Assembly (NCBI RefSeq): GCF_006345805.1
Contig: NC_043018.1
Span: 17,298,001 to 17,362,000, forward strand
Source of the DNA: Octopus sinensis
Taxonomy: Eukaryota
Reading direction: 5' to 3'
Length of the DNA stretch: 64,000 bases
Made by a program: the position numbers and the translations under genes. A model generated the notes under the pieces. That model made no database searches, was not told where the DNA came from, and was given only the letters and a program-made list of their open reading frames with translations. Each line of letters opens with the position of its first letter. The stretch's first letter is position 1. This document shows positions 1 to 12,556 of this stretch, piece after piece.

Positions 1-619
1 CATTTCAAACTTAATCAAATACTCTTTGAATATTAAAGAAGCACAGTAACTCGACTTTTGCTATATTTTAACACTTCTGATCAATGTAGTTTTAGGGATA
101 AAAATTATCAAAATGTATAGTGATGTCCTCAAGCACTAAAAATGCCAAATAATCACATTTTAATTCAAATATATTACACTCCAACACAAACATTACATCG
201 ATATCAAATTTCAAATAGATATTGAATATGATACAAACTTACTTCGAATATTCAATCATAAAAAATAGATCTTTTGACTCCATGCTAGCATTTAATGCCT
301 GGAGAAAAAATTTTAAAGAAACTATTAAATTAACAAGGGTACTAGTGTATTTTTTTTAAATAATTGAATATTGATACTATTCGATTATTTATAGTGTGTC
401 TATGAATGTCTAATAAATCGATTGCCAGAACGAGTGTTTCGAAATAATATATCGAAAATCGACCGCCACAGCAAAATTTCATTGCAAAAAATTTCTGGAA
501 TTGGTTAATCAACAAATTTCTTTTAACTCAAACAAGAATTAGGATCTTATCTAAGTGTGTTCTCTATGTGTAGTACATACTCACACATACGCATATACAA
601 ACCTTCATACTTTTATAAA

Positions 620-875
620 CACAACTTTACATATAATATACATATATATATATACATTATATATATATATATAAATATATATATATATGTTATATATTTA
701 TATATTTATAGACATATATATATATATACATACACATATATATATATATATACATTAACTATATATATATATATATATATACATAGACATATGTATATAT
801 ATATACATAGACATATATGTATATACATATACATATACATACATATATATATATAATATATAATATTATATATGT
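620..875. repeat. (TA)n / (TACA) compound microsatellite
   Basis: Direct reading; explains the YI-repeat ORFs 557-1083. Confidence 0.95.
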
Positions 876-1479
876 GTGTCGTAGCTGTATGCATATAAGC
901 ACGTATGAATCTCTATCAATCGATAATCGGCAACGGATTAAGTCTCACAGGGAGGGGAACGACATATCGGAAGATATATCGCAGATACTCTACTTTGATA
1001 AGTTAATACAAGATATCTCATATTCACAAAGGAATAATCGTATATTCCTTGGATGCGAAGTAAAAACGAACGAAATACCATAAAAAAGGAAAATATTAAA
1101 TACATTAAAACAGGACGAGGCAGAAAAGATAGTGAGTTTCTGTCTTCCTTTGAAACGATTTTACGCCAAATATCTCATTTTTTAGGACTCTGATAGGATG
1201 TAATTAACTTGATATGATTCTTTTTCAGAGAAAGATAGCGAAATGGAGAGAGAGAGAGAGAGAAAGAGAGGGAATATGTGTGTGTGTTTGTTTGATTCTG
1301 TATGTGTATGTAGATTAAATATTTTGTATTCTAATTTTATATCATTATAAAGAAAAAAACGTATCACTGAAACTTTAGTTTTCTAGAAATACATGTTAAA
1401 TTGATCATATCTGGAGCTTTTTTATATTTCAGTGTATTAATATTTCATGCATGTATACATGTATACGTACAGGCATACA

Positions 1480-1676
1480 TATATACATGCATGCATTCGT
1501 TCATACATGCGTACATACACACATACACACACACACACATACATACATATATATATACATATACATGCACACATGGATACGCACATATGCAATATATTAT
1601 ATATATAATATATATATTATAAATATATATATATATATATACATATATATTATCTATATATATGTATATATAATAT

Positions 1677-1741
<65 letters not shown>

Positions 1742-1750
1742 TATATATGT
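1480..1750. repeat. (CATA)/(CA)/(TA)n compound microsatellite
   Basis: Direct reading. Confidence 0.9.
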
Positions 1751-2725
1751 ATGAACGTAGTACGTAAGTGTATATGCGTAAGTGTGTGTATTCTACTAAC
1801 TTATATTTCTACTGATATTCTTTCTATTGTTACTCCTTGCCAAAATTCATAATGTGTCCACTCGTTCGAATTTAATGACAGTTTCAGTACATCGGAGAAA
1901 TCGCACCGTAGAATTATCGATTTATTCGTGATGTAGCTGTAATTGTTGCCACCACATCTGAATTAAATTGTCGTTTCATGCATACGATTTTTTGCTCCGA
2001 TGAGAAACATTTTCTTCTCAACACTTGCCTTTGTTATATATACCCAGTTTAAATACCCATATTTGCATGACAGGTTCCGCTGTTGTGTAGATAATATTGA
2101 TAGCCCGGAAATATTTGCAACTCATCTAACAGGAAACTTCCCAGTTACTTCACAGTCAAGAAATAATACCAATAAATTAAGAAATGATTGTTAATTCTGC
2201 AAGTAATTTTAGTGAGTGAAGTTAGTTTATTATATTCAACTCACTTGGATTTGAAACCTAAATTTAAAGTGACAGAAGGAACAGCATTAAGCAGTTTGTC
2301 CGACGTCCCTGAGTCTTATGCTAAACCTTGGGTCAGTTAACTTCTGAAAATTAACGAAAAATTGATGGTATTTTAATATAAGTGATATCCAAATGAACAG
2401 TAGAGTCTTCGAGGTAGAATTTTCATCATGAATTCCATTTATATCATTAAATACCTTTCAGTATGTTAATGAGAAAAAGTGGGAAATTGAAATAGTTTTA
2501 CGACGGGTGTCAAAGGATTATATCTACATACTAAATACATTGAAGAGGATGAGTGGCCTTCAATTATATAATAATATATATATACATATGTATATGTTCA
2601 TACATCTATACCTATATATGAAAGGGATTTTCCTTGTGCTGTACATAATTGTTTTTCCCGTTTTCGTTTCGTCTTGTTCCACGTCTCTGTCCTTCTGTTG
2701 TACAAAATGGCTTTTCCGTTTTCAT

Positions 2726-2895
<170 letters not shown>

Positions 2896-3604
2896 ATGGC
2901 TAGGTATTTGTGTGTCTGCAAATGTCTGAAATAAAAGCAACAGGAGAGAGAGAAAGAGAGAGAGGGGGAAAATGGAAAATATCAGAAGCAGGGATGTAGA
3001 ATTGGTTGGTATATTATTATATAAGTAATAATTTGAAATTTCTTTCAAAGTTCTTGCTTCAAAACTAAAAGCTAAGACTGGGACAGTAGCAGATATAGCT
3101 ATCTTCTGAATACTCGAATATGAAGTGTATATACGTGTGTGCGTATGTGGATGAATATATATATATATATAATATATATATTTCGGAATGGTCATTTTGC
3201 CAGTTTAGCCAATAAAAACAAACGCACTATATATTTGATGTTATTTTGCTTCAGTGTTATTTATTTTTTACATTAATCTTAATCTTATTTCGGCCAGTGT
3301 TCTTTCGTCACACTCCCGTGACCGCATTAGTGGTCCTTTGTTTTCTTCTTTCTTATTTGTGTCCCTCCTTACTAACCGTCAGCCATTTTGTATTTCTATT
3401 GTATGTCTTCATTTGCGCATGTTTATATCTCTATGTGCGTCTATGTTTATTTAGTGTGTGTATGTGGGGGGGGATGCCTGTAATATTTGTATCTTCAGCT
3501 TATATATGTTCATGTAATTTGTATTTTGTTTTTGTTCTTGTTTTTGTTTATTCTTATTTTGTTCATGTATTTACATCCACTTTTTATTATCATTACATAT
3601 GCTT

Positions 3605-3785
3605 GTATGTATGAATGTATGTATGTATGTATGTATGTATGTATGTATGTATGTATGTATGTATGTATGTATGTATGTATGTATAACACAATACTAGTAA
3701 TAATAATAATAAATCGAATCGAAAAAAATACATATATATATATATTATATCATATACGTTATTTATATATTTATATATATATAAT

Positions 3786-3828
<43 letters not shown>

Positions 3829-3845
3829 TATGTATATATATCTTA
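3605..3845. repeat. (TATG)n followed by (TA)n microsatellites
   Basis: Direct reading. Confidence 0.93.
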
Positions 3846-4147
3846 TATGTATGTATGTATAATCTCTTCATACATACGTGCACATACAAACAAACACACA
3901 CATGCACACACTTGTGTGTATACACTGAAAACCATATAAAGTTATTACTTTGGGATTATTTAGTGCTGAAGAAATATCAAAATAATCAGAGAAGATGATC
4001 ACTTCCTAGCACAGCTTAAAAACTATACCTAGAAAAATTAATAATTTAATATGCAAAAAAATACTAGTTTTCGCGTATTTAAAATATGGAAGTAAGAATT
4101 GTACTTCGATAAAATCTCCAGTAATAAATATACTGACGATTCGGTTT

Positions 4148-4218
4148 ATCATCATCATCATCACCATCAATAATGATGATGATGATCACGATGATGACCA
4201 TAATAAAATAATAATAAC

Positions 4219-4259
<41 letters not shown>

Positions 4260-4294
4260 CAATAGTAATAAGAATGATAATGATGATGGAGATT

Positions 4295-4343
<49 letters not shown>

Positions 4344-4482
4344 CCGTGATGATGATGGTGATGATGATCGTGATGATGATGATGATGATGATGATGGTGA
4401 TGATGATGGCGATGATGATGATGATGGTGATGATGATGGTGATGATGATGATGATGATGATGATGATGACGACGACGACGAT
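4148..4482. repeat. (AAT)n-(GAT)n trinucleotide microsatellite
   Basis: Direct reading; gives the poly-His, poly-Met and poly-Ile ORFs. Confidence 0.95.
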
Positions 4483-4786
4483 GGCTGGCAATAATAGTAA
4501 CTGTAATAGCAGATATTGTATTAATAGATGATGAGGAAGTATTTGGTGGTGTTGCAGGTGTTGGCGGAGGATTATCGCGATAAAATATATTTGAAACGAT
4601 GATAGGATAAGTCAATCACATCAATATCGATGAAAACAGTCCGTAAATAATAAATAGGCATGATAGAGACGATCAGCACCCGTAAGATTAGAAATGGTTC
4701 ATAGCGTGCAGTATCGTTTATGTGGTGAAATAGAATAAATTTATGTGGCTCTGGGTAGGGAAATTGTGGAACAGAATAATGAAACT

Positions 4787-5026
4787 GCTTCTTAAGATGG
4801 CTATGTCCGTTCCGGTATCACTCTTGATGGTGTCAAGCCAGCGGGTTCTCGGTCGGCCTCTTCCTCAATGGCAAGATAGGCAGAGGCCGAATAAGAAGCC
4901 GCTGGCTTGACACCATCAAGAGTGATACCAGCATGGACATAACTAATCTGAAAGAAGCGGCCCAGGATAGAACTGACTGAAGGACACTGATCCATGGAGT
5001 GATCGAGAGTCGACTTCGACAGAGCG

Positions 5027-5124
<98 letters not shown>
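4787..5124 (+). mobile_element. RTE (BovB-like) LINE 3' end with a fold-back inverted copy and a (GATA)n tail
   Basis: 4879-5031 translates GRGRIRSRWLDTIKSDTSMDITNLKEAAQDRTD*RTLIHGVIESRLRQSG*, matching the RTE/BovB ORF C-terminus pattern (GRQRMRWLDGI..MDMSLSKLRELVMDREAWRAA.HGV.KSRTRLS). The stop codon runs into (GATA)n at 5027-5124. 4814-4844 is the exact reverse complement of 4899-4929. Confidence 0.85.
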
Positions 5125-5460
5125 CTAGAGATGGCTCATAAATAAATTGGTGATATGGAGATTGAAAAATAAAGTTTGAGAAGGGGAAACAAGTGATGAT
5201 GAGGGGTAAAGGAGTTAAAAGCTGTTCCGTTTGAACGGTATGGGAATAGAATGAATAGCACCAACAGATTTGTAATCCGAAGGAAAGAGAAAGAATTGCC
5301 ATCGTGTAAAACGAATGGCATATGCAAGATCAACGGCATCTGTCCATTAATATCTCTGTGATTAAATAGGGAGCGAGGACTCAATATTAGGGGCGTTGAA
5401 AAGCAAGGACGCTCCATCAGATCACAACTATGTAGGACATACACCTTTCGTAATACCACA

Positions 5461-5777
5461 TGCACTAGTGATAACAGCATGTTATGTAAGATTGACTCTG
5501 GAATTAACTGTAGAATTAGAATACAACATAAAGATAAGAACATAATATACATAGTTAAGACATCTCGTACCTTTGCGGAGAGACTAAATGACAATCTGAC
5601 ACAATATGACAACAACAAAAAATCTCCATACTCTACAAACGTGTCAAAGACCAACATGAAGGCACACTGCGTCAGCTTGACATCAGCATTTTATCCAAGC
5701 ACGCCAAGGACCCAACACTCAGACAAGTACAAGAGTACGTCATCATTAATGAAACATCCCCAGTACTAAATATGAAA
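5461..5777 (+). mobile_element. Penelope-like element GIY-YIG endonuclease remnant (frameshifted)
   Basis: Frame 1 reads CTSDNSMLCKIDSGINCR..NIIYIVKTSRTFAERLNDN (YIG.TSR.L.ERL.EH-like). After a frameshift near 5622 it reads SILYKRVKDQHEG..SKHAKDPTLRQVQEYVIINETSPVLNMK, a PLE-type C-terminus. Confidence 0.7.
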
Positions 5778-5910
5778 TATATATACATGATGTCATACTC
5801 CAATGCACACAATTTATATAGACACAGACAGTGTTATTCGTAAGACGTTATGTAGGCGTGTGTGTGTGTCTGTACGCGCGCGAACGTGTGTGTATGTGTA
5901 TGGGCATATG

Positions 5911-5947
<37 letters not shown>

Positions 5948-6258
5948 TTGTGTGGGTAGCGCGTATGGACAAGTAGATATAGAGATAGATAGCTCACGTA
6001 GGTAATATAGACAGACGACCACAGGCACACATACATACGAATGAAGAGTGAAGCATATGATCATATAGACACACGCACCCTTCACACAACGACACATATA
6101 GAGACACACATCCATACATAACAGACGCATATGTACAGTCACAGAAACCCATACGCAGACACACAAACGCACAAACACGAACACACAAACACACGGATAT
6201 GCAGAATATTTGGAAGTGGGTCAGAAGATATATATGTATACATACATACACACACACA

Positions 6259-6300
<42 letters not shown>

Positions 6301-6517
6301 AGTGAGAGAGGGTCTAAAGAGGAGCAATTAATTTCAAGTTATATCAAACAAAGTTACAGGGAACTCAAAATGTACAGGTAACAAATCCTAAAAAGTCCAG
6401 TGGTGTTTGGTAATCAGCAATATCCAAAGTTGAAGACAACTCGAACGTGTTGTAAAATATCATTAAAAATAAACGAACGGATTATATGTGATCATTGCAA
6501 CCTTTACTTTAAGGCAA

Positions 6518-6766
6518 TTCATTGCATTGTAGCATAGTATCGGGAGGTATTAATGAAGCGAAACGTGTATAAAATAATGCAAAACACTACAGAGGAATTT
6601 TCAAATTTTCAGCACTTCATTACATAAGATTCTATATTGTCGTACAAGTGGGCTGCGCTGTGTAGCATCAGGTCAACATTGTGGAGGTTCGTTGTTGTGT
6701 CTTGTGGTATCTTATAGCAGTTGCTCTTCATACACACCTGCCTCTACGATGCTACAATGCGATGAA
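6518..6766. mobile_element. MITE-like element with ~41-bp imperfect terminal inverted repeats
   Basis: 6518-6558 versus the reverse complement of 6726-6766: 33/41 identical by eye. Confidence 0.5.
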
Positions 6767-7089
6767 ATATGCTAATGGCTATATTTTGGAATGAATTACG
6801 TCATGGTGGAGTTTTTCTCACTGACTCTACTGTACGTGTGTGTGTTCTTTGGTATGTATGTATTAATTTCACCCTATATTGTTACTGATAACCATATTTC
6901 ATCCCAGTAAATGACCACAGCATCTTGTCTTGGCTACACGCGGGTGGGAAGGGGCTGGTGACACAAACTTTCATTCACACTTTGAATTTGGTGGTACTGG
7001 TAATGGCTTTAGCTCGCTCTGATACTGAGTTGAGATGATGCCTTCTAGTATCTCAAAATTTAATATACAATTATTCATAATTGTAGTGT

Positions 7090-7180
7090 CCTACGCTGAT
7101 GAGAAAAGAAGCTGGGTAAGGTAAAATTATCTAATTCTTATGCTTTCCTAAAACTTGATTTCGAAACGTACGTCCGTAGG
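7090..7180 (+). ncRNA. Type I hammerhead ribozyme (Penelope/retrozyme-like minimal stem III)
   Basis: Stem I CCTACG (7090-95) / CGTAGG (7175-80); core CTGATGA (7096-7102); long imperfect stem II closed by G7103-C7162; GAAA (7163-66); stem III and loop ACGTACGT, a palindrome; GTC cleavage triplet at 7172-74. Confidence 0.8.
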
Positions 7181-7251
7181 TGACTTAAAATTGTATGATA
7201 GATTGCCGTCATTTCATTCTCTCTTACCTGTCTGTGTTTGCCTTTCAAGTG

Positions 7252-7307
<56 letters not shown>

Positions 7308-7405
7308 TAAGTAGATAAATGAATTATCTTATTACGGATAATTCGAAAGATAACTGATACCTGGGTAGCAAATTCACAACAGAAGGAACACGGTTGAAGT
7401 TACGA

Positions 7406-7497
<92 letters not shown>

Positions 7498-7557
7498 ATA
7501 TACATATATATATACATATACATATATAAATATATACATATATATACATATACATAT

Positions 7558-7774
7558 CATGTGATCACGTGATCGACCAGACCATCAGATGTTGCTACAC
7601 ATCGCTGGTCACAATGCGTTCGCATTGTTTTAGCCTTCGAATGACGCCACCTCGCTGGCTAAGCGAGTAGGCCAACAGAAGGAAGAGTGAGAGAAAGAGT
7701 GACACTCACAACATCCGGTCTGGGAATCGAAACCGCGATCCTACGACCTAACCACTAGGCCATTGCACCTCCAC
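7558..7774 (-). mobile_element. tRNA-derived SINE family A, tail type 2, internally deleted
   Basis: Head is the reverse complement of GTGGAGGCGCAATGGCC..GGTTTCGATTCCCAGACCGG; same tail as the 52514 copy; two internal deletions. Confidence 0.9.
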
Positions 7775-7844
7775 ACATATACATATACATATACATATAT
7801 ATATACATATACATATACATATACTTATATATACATATATACAT

Positions 7845-7882
<38 letters not shown>

Positions 7883-7902
7883 CATATAAATACATATATA
7901 TA

Positions 7903-7938
<36 letters not shown>

Positions 7939-8999
7939 TGTATGTATGTATGCATGTATGTATGTATGTATGTATACGCAGAGATAGTGATAACAATGTG
8001 GGTGTATGTTTTCGTTATGTACACAACTGATATAAATACATTTCGAGATATGCTTAGATGTAGATAAATATATCACACACAATTCAATTTGATACTTCTT
8101 AACGATATTTGCAAACATCAATATAACCGCCACGACCATCACCACTCCAACCATTTCTGTCACGCCCCTCCAGCTCTCTTGATTCCTCAACATCGCCATC
8201 ATGATGATCATCAGCTTCTACACCAACTTCACCCTCCCACCCTACAACCTATCCTTACGCCGCTAAAGATTTATGTCTTACTTGATATTATCTCTTGCTT
8301 TATGAATCATTTCAATTTCTGTCTATTTCCATTGCTGATTGTTTTAGGAAATCTATTTTCGATTTAATTTTTGCTTCTTTGTTTTCTTTCTGTTGTTTTA
8401 ATGGTTTTATTCTAATTTTCTCCCAAATTCGTTTTCCGATTCATTATTTATATTTTGTACGATTCAACCAAACAGTTTTGCAGGCGTCTGATCGTTATTT
8501 TATTTAATGATATTAATACAAATATAGTCAGTCATTCAGCTTTAAAACTCGTCTAATTTTAAAGAGAATAACATTATCTCTATTCATATAAAGTACAAAG
8601 ACACACACAGATACTCGTTTAACGGTACTGGTGTAAAAGACATAAGTATACATCCGCTCACTTAAATCATAGTTATATAAAATATAAGTTTATGCAACGC
8701 TTGTGTAGAGGCATTGGAGACAATAGTTCAGCCGGGTAAAATATATGCAATTGATCGCATCATTATAGACACTGTGAATCGGGTCTATGCTTTAACTCAT
8801 AAGATAGAATACTTTGCAATATTCGCTCCGGTTCTTGTCATTCCGAAATCAAATTTCGCCGAGATCATCTTCAATGTTTTTCCTTTACAATGTTAACACC
8901 CAAATACCTATTCCTCGCGTTCTTCCTTCTTGTTTGCCGTTTAATATTTCCGTTCCAAAGACAACGGCTCTGGTTGAACTTACATTATAACACTTGCCA

Positions 9000-9236
9000 T
9001 GAAGGCGGCGAGCTGGCAGAATCGTTAACACGCCGGGCGAAATGCGGAGCCATATTTCGTCTGCCGTTACGTTCAGAGTTCAAATTCCGCCGAGGTCGAC
9101 TTTGCCTTTCATCCTTTCGGGGTCGATAAATTAAGTACCATTTACACACTGGGGTCGATGTAATCGACTTAATACCTATGTCTGTCTTTGTTTGTTCTCT
9201 CTATGTCTAGCCCCTTGTGGGCAGTAAAGAAATAGG
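9000..9236 (+). mobile_element. SINE family D (GGCGGCGAGCTGGCAGAATCG.. head), full length
   Basis: tRNA-like head with B-box-like GAGTTCAAATTCC; 12-bp TSD TAACACTTGCCA at 8988-8999 and 9237-9248; further copies at 22436 and 53850-54220. Confidence 0.9.
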
Positions 9237-9771
9237 TAACACTTGCCACCATGATTCAGTATGTCATTGATATAACTATGTGTTGACATGGTACACAAGG
9301 ACACCACGAAGAATTAACGGTATGAAGCAAGTTATAGCTGAGGTTGTTTGTTATGCGTGTTATGTACTACTATGTTTCCATACTTATTTATTTCATATGA
9401 TTATTTCTTGGAGAATATATAACGATGAATGTCAAATTTACCTCGGGAAATATAAAGTAAAATGCGGATAGACAGACAGATTGTCACACATGTATTTTAT
9501 CGCACACATACACGCGTAACTGCGAAGTTAAAACCAGCCCTTTTGACACGGACGATTCATATTCATGAATTTACGTAGAGTAAAACCAAAAGTGTAGGAG
9601 TGGAAAAAGGGGTACATACGCTTCTTTACGCCCGCTCCTGACTATTTACAGACGTCAAATAGTTTTTTAAATGCATGTTAAAAGTTATCACGACATACTC
9701 GGAGGTGAGTGAGGGCCATGGTTTTCTGCATCTATTTTTCCACACACGCACACACAAACACGTACGTACAC

Positions 9772-10260
9772 ACATGTATGTTGGGGATTTCGTTCTGCCA
9801 CTTGATGCTGCAAATTGAACTAAGGCAATGAAGGTTGTGTGAGTGAAACCATTAAATATGGCGCCACGAGTTCATGTTTCACGGCCATATATGAGAGAAG
9901 GGTTAGGACTGCTGCTCTCTCCATGAATTGTCCAATTATTTATGATGATTCTCTCCTCTCATATTCAATGAATTGTAACAGCAAAGGTCTCTGATATTCT
10001 CGAAGCAGTCATCGCTAGGTAACGATATAAAATTTATGAGCACTTATATTTGTGCCAAGGCAGACACCATGATCTCTCCGCAATCTGTGTTAGACAATAG
10101 TGATATTATCGCTTCGTGCAGATGCGTGTTGCCAAGGAAGCTGAATGTGGGAACAGCTTGGAGAGAATATTGTCTACACTGACAACAACAACTTCCGGTT
10201 CCAGGTGTCCAGATACTGGATAGTGAAAGGTCACCACCCTTCACAATCGGACTGGATGGT
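9772..10260 (-). mobile_element. RTE LINE reverse-transcriptase C-terminal remnant, interrupted by a 133-bp duplicated segment
   Basis: Minus strand reads QYSLQAVPTFSFLGNT..LSNTDCGEIMVSALAQ, then AAVLTLL.YGRET*T and FHSHNLHCLSSICSIKWQNEIPNIHV. These resemble the RTE motifs FxYLGS, LLYGCETW and FHxRCLRxIxxIKWQDRIPN. Confidence 0.65.
9915..10047. repeat. 133-bp exact direct repeat, copy 1
   Basis: Identical by eye to 11769-11901. Confidence 0.95.
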
Positions 10261-11075
10261 CAAAATAAGTGTATGTCTCTTATATGTATCTACATATATA
10301 TATATGTATATATGTCTAAATTTTGTATGACTCTTATTCTTTTATTCTTTTATTCTTTCATTCTTTCTTTCTTTGTTTCAGCCTCTTCACACTAACTTCT
10401 TTCTTTCCACTCTTCTTTCTTTCACATTTTCTGGCCTTCACTCCATTCTCACCTTCCGCCGTCTTACACTTCACTGTGCCCATTTTCTTTTTTCTCATCT
10501 CTCCCTAAATCTTCTATCCCTTTGTTTCTAGCTCCCTCCTCTCCTTCCACTTGACCGGTGTTCGGCCAAGCCTGATCTTTCTTTCTTGGTTCAACTACCA
10601 TCCGCGCCACATCTACATTCCTCCTCATGTCTGTCATATCTCTCATGTACCTGCTGTAAGGCTTCACTTTCACACATGCCAGCTTAATTTAATTCGTCCG
10701 TAGTCGAAATGCACCTGTTGTTATGTCCTGTTATTTGCATTCGTATTTGTGTATCATTTCTCCGTTTTTTTCACGTCCTTGTTTTCGTATACATTCGCTG
10801 CTTTCTTCCAAATAATCTAGTGCGCTTAGCTTAGATTTTGTTTGATGCTGGCCAAATTGGAGCAGTCTCGAGTATAATAGCCGAAACTGCAAACATAATC
10901 TGGAATTCTACTGACGAAAGAAAACTCCGAATGACCCTTGCTTTTTCTTTTCACTTTTTGTATCAACTAACTATCTGGATGTCATGTTGTCGCCTGTTGC
11001 ATTCTTGTCCCGTTTTTTCTATTCTTTTTTCTATACATATAACGGCGTACGTACACTTTGGTCTCTCTCTCTCTG

Positions 11076-11149
<74 letters not shown>

Positions 11150-11768
11150 TGTGTAAGGTGCTCCTGTTTTATGTATTAGTACGTACATCATTGTATATGA
11201 AAATATATATCTACATGTATGTATAGGTATATGTGTGTGTGTTTGTGTGTGCGTGAGTGGTAAAGATCATACGACAGTTTCAGTGGGGTTCGAAGTTCAA
11301 GCTCGCACTTTTCTCGTCAGGCTCTTTGGCTAAGGTGCGCAAACCGCAACCTCTAATTTGTGTCAAGCGTTTCCTCGCCAGGTTAAAATTTTATATATAA
11401 TTTCCATTAAAAACAAATATATGTACTTATATATGTTTATATATACATGTCTCTTTCTGTTTGTCTGCTCGTCTGTGTGTCTGTATATGTGTCTTTCTTT
11501 GTTTTCCGCCCTCTGTTTCGTTCCCTCTCTCTCAATATGTATAAAACGAAATGAATAATATACTACAAATTAACCCAAGTGTTTCAGGTTTTCAATCCAT
11601 CGGTGTACTTTCAAATAAAATCATCTACCAAGTTCTTCATCAGCTTTCATTCTTCCGGGGGCAATGGAATCTATACTTGCCATATGTCGGAGGTCAAACC
11701 AATCAAATATTCTTTTCTTGTCGAAATCTGATGCCATGTAGCAAAATGAGAAATCGATAGCACACTTT

Positions 11769-11901
11769 CTCTCTCCATGAATTGTCCAATTATTTATGAT
11801 GATTCTCTCCTCTCATATTCAATGAATTGTAACAGCAAAGGTCTCTGATATTCTCGAAGCAGTCATCGCTAGGTAACGATATAAAATTTATGAGCACTTA
11901 T
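11769..11901. repeat. 133-bp exact direct repeat, copy 2
   Basis: Identical by eye to 9915-10047. Confidence 0.95.
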
Positions 11902-12073
11902 TTCAAATAGAATTTGGCAGCCTTTGCATATTACAACTATTAACTAACTTTCTTGATCGAAAAGAAAATGCGTGAAGCTTCCATCAAATATACAATTCAT
12001 TTATTTGTATTATTCACAAATATATGTTCACTCAACTACATACATACACACAAACACACATAAGTATGACACC

Positions 12074-12109
<36 letters not shown>

Positions 12110-12188
12110 TATATATATATATGTAATATATATATATATATAAACATACACACAGACACACACACAAACACACACATATGTGTAAATA

Positions 12189-12220
<32 letters not shown>

Positions 12221-12479
12221 CATACATATATATATATATGCACATATAGATACATGCATGCACTGATGTTCAGACAAACACGCGCAAGCACACGTTTCCA
12301 CAGGTACTTCTTATGAAAATATCTATGTTTATTCGATCGTGTGTATTGATTGCATAACTTTGAAACACGCGTACACACACTTGCACCCGCTCACACACTA
12401 ACACACAAAGACACAACTATATATATGTGGGTGAGTGTATCTGTGTGTTCGTGTGCCTCTGTCTCTACGAATTTATATG

Positions 12480-12556
<77 letters not shown>

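Noticed and set aside
6420-6535. Cys-rich peptide TRTCCK..ICDHCNLYF as a piggyBac C-terminal finger
   Set aside because: Cys spacing is imperfect, and it overlaps the MITE-like arm.
11310-11335. Similarity to the U2 snRNA 5' end (CTTTGGCTAAG)
   Set aside because: Only about 11 matching bases; the branch-point recognition region is absent.
11551-11768. Possible Tx1/L1 fragment on the minus strand (..APEE*KLMKNLVDDFI*K)
   Set aside because: Resemblance is too weak to call without a profile search.
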